A model generated the notes under the pieces. The model saw only the letters and a program-made list of their open reading frames with translations. It did not search any database and was not told the DNA's origin. Positions 14,126 to 15,349 of a DNA stretch of 15,349 nucleotides are shown piece after piece. The stretch is taken from positions 1 to 15,349 of the forward strand of contig JANOAV010000148.1 in NCBI GenBank assembly GCA_031411295.1, in the 5' to 3' direction. How positions within the stretch are numbered: the first letter of the stretch is position 1; each line of letters begins with the position of its first letter. Origin of the DNA: Verrucomicrobiales bacterium (GTDB lineage Bacteria > Verrucomicrobiota > Verrucomicrobiia > Verrucomicrobiales > V1-33). The position numbers and the translations under genes were made by a program.

Positions 14126-15349
14126 ATGATGCAAACCAGCCCAACCACCGATTCCGACCTCCTCTCCCGCTACATGCAAGCGGGCGATGAAGGTGCATTT
14201 ACAGCGCTGGTGCGGACGCACGAGCGGCTCGTCATCGGCACTGCAGTTCGGGTTACTGGCAATGTGGAGGCTGCTCGGGACGTGGCGCAGCAGGTCTTTG
14301 CCACGCTGGCACGGAAGGCTTGGCTACTCACGGGGCGGACGAGCCTGGTGGGTTGGCTGCACCATGCCGCGCGTCACATTGCACTGCGGGCAGTGCGGGG
14401 GGAGCGGGCCAGGCAACGCAGGCATGAGCAGGTGGACTTGGAAAGCGCGCCGGTGCCGCAGAGCGACATCTGGCCCACGCTGGAGGAGGCGCTGGCGGCC
14501 CTGCCTGATAAGGAGCGGGAAGCCGTCGTCATGCACCATCTGCAAGATTGCTCCTATGCGGAAGTGGCAATCGCGTTAGGCCTCACGGAAGCGGCCGCCA
14601 GGAAGCGTGTCTCCCGTGGATTGAAGAGCCTTGGCGAGCAACTTCGGAAACGTGGATTCGGGGGTTCGGCCACGGCTCTGCTAGCAGGAGCAACCGCACT
14701 GCAAGTGGGCACGCCACCCTTGGCTGTAGCGGGAACCCTAACTGCCGCCACACCATTTTCACTCACCCTCACCACGCTTATGGCACACACCTCCGTTAAA
14801 ATTGCAGCAGGCATCATCCTCTTTGCAGGCATCCCCATCGCCTGGCAAAGCCACGCAAACTCCACCCTGCGCAGCGAACTTGCTGCCCTGCAAACACTGC
14901 ATGGGACCGCAACTTCGGCAACGTCCGTTGGGCAGGTCAACCTGGGCGACTCCGTGTCCAGCGTGGAGCGGGAAAATTTGAAGGAGCGAATCGCTGCCGG
15001 TTTTCATGGCAGTTCTTCCCCTGGCAGCGTGGAGCGGGAAGCGTTGATGGCGCGAATCGCTACGGCACGCCAAGTCCAGACAGAGGCTCAAACGAGACTA
15101 GCCAGAGTGCAAACGACCGTGAAGCAGTTGGAAGAGGAAGTCGTTATTTCGCATGGCAACGTGGCTGAACTCGCCCGTGCCTTCATCCGAAAATTGCTGC
15201 CGATCCTCGAGGTCACGGTTGAGACGGAAAAAATGAATACTAGTGAGCGAGAAGCAATGGAAACCGAACTAACCGCCCGCATGGAAGTGGTCCAGAGAGA
15301 ACTCCGGCCACTGATGAAGGCCCTGATGAAGCTGGAGGACAGCCCCGCA
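14126..15349 (+). CDS. Second ECF sigma-70 factor fused to a TM helix and a coiled-coil extracytoplasmic domain (3'-partial, absent from ORF track)
   Basis: Translated by hand, 408 codons open to the window end: MMQTSPTTDSDLLSRYMQAGDEGAFTALVRTHERLV...AARDVAQQVFATLARKA...LVGWLHHAAR (sigma2); LEEALAALPDKEREAVVMHHLQDCSYAEVAIALGLTEAAARKRVSRGLKSL (sigma4); TM IAAGIILFAGIPIAW. Confidence 0.92.
   Translation, partial: MMQTSPTTDSDLLSRYMQAGDEGAFTALVRTHERLVIGTAVRVTGNVEAARDVAQQVFATLARKAWLLTGRTSLVGWLHHAARHIALRAVRGERARQRRHEQVDLESAPVPQSDIWPTLEEALAALPDKEREAVVMHHLQDCSYAEVAIALGLTEAAARKRVSRGLKSLGEQLRKRGFGGSATALLAGATALQVGTPPLAVAGTLTAATPFSLTLTTLMAHTSVKIAAGIILFAGIPIAWQSHANSTLRSELAALQTLHGTATSATSVGQVNLGDSVSSVERENLKERIAAGFHGSSSPGSVEREALMARIATARQVQTEAQTRLARVQTTVKQLEEEVVISHGNVAELARAFIRKLLPILEVTVETEKMNTSEREAMETELTARMEVVQRELRPLMKALMKLEDSPA
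14959..15066 (+). repeat. In-frame direct repeat, 66-nt period
   Basis: cagcgtggagcgggaaaatttgaaggagcgaatcgct (14959) versus cagcgtggagcgggaagcgttgatggcgcgaatcgct (15025), encoding SVERENLKERIA and SVEREALMARIA. Confidence 0.85.

Noticed and set aside
14187..14799. Track ORFs 14187..14579 and 14548..14799 as genes or a frameshifted pseudogene
   Set aside because: The frame beginning at 14126 is uninterrupted to the window end and encodes an intact ECF.

Overview
GC-rich window in which every supportable gene is on the + strand; protein style suggests a PVC-superphylum bacterium, probably Verrucomicrobia (inference). Contents in order: (1) the 3' 6.3 kb of a giant, 5'-truncated modular protein built from repeated modules; (2) a small lower-GC hypothetical gene; (3) a secreted clan GH-A glycoside hydrolase (GH51 arabinofuranosidase-like); (4) a cluster of three ECF sigma factors in about 5.5 kb. 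Two of these ECFs are fused to a transmembrane helix and an extracytoplasmic domain, and one of those two (14126 to window end) is missing from the supplied ORF track. The third ECF is a soluble 'FxTTxW'-type sigma. A sigma-less membrane protein resembling the extracytoplasmic part of the first ECF sits between them. Four ECF-type promoter motifs in two spacing classes are visible, and the 34-bp motif in front of the soluble ECF is repeated upstream of the first membrane ECF, suggesting a sigma cascade. I found no RNA genes, CRISPR arrays or mobile elements. All family calls come from motif recognition by eye, not database searches.
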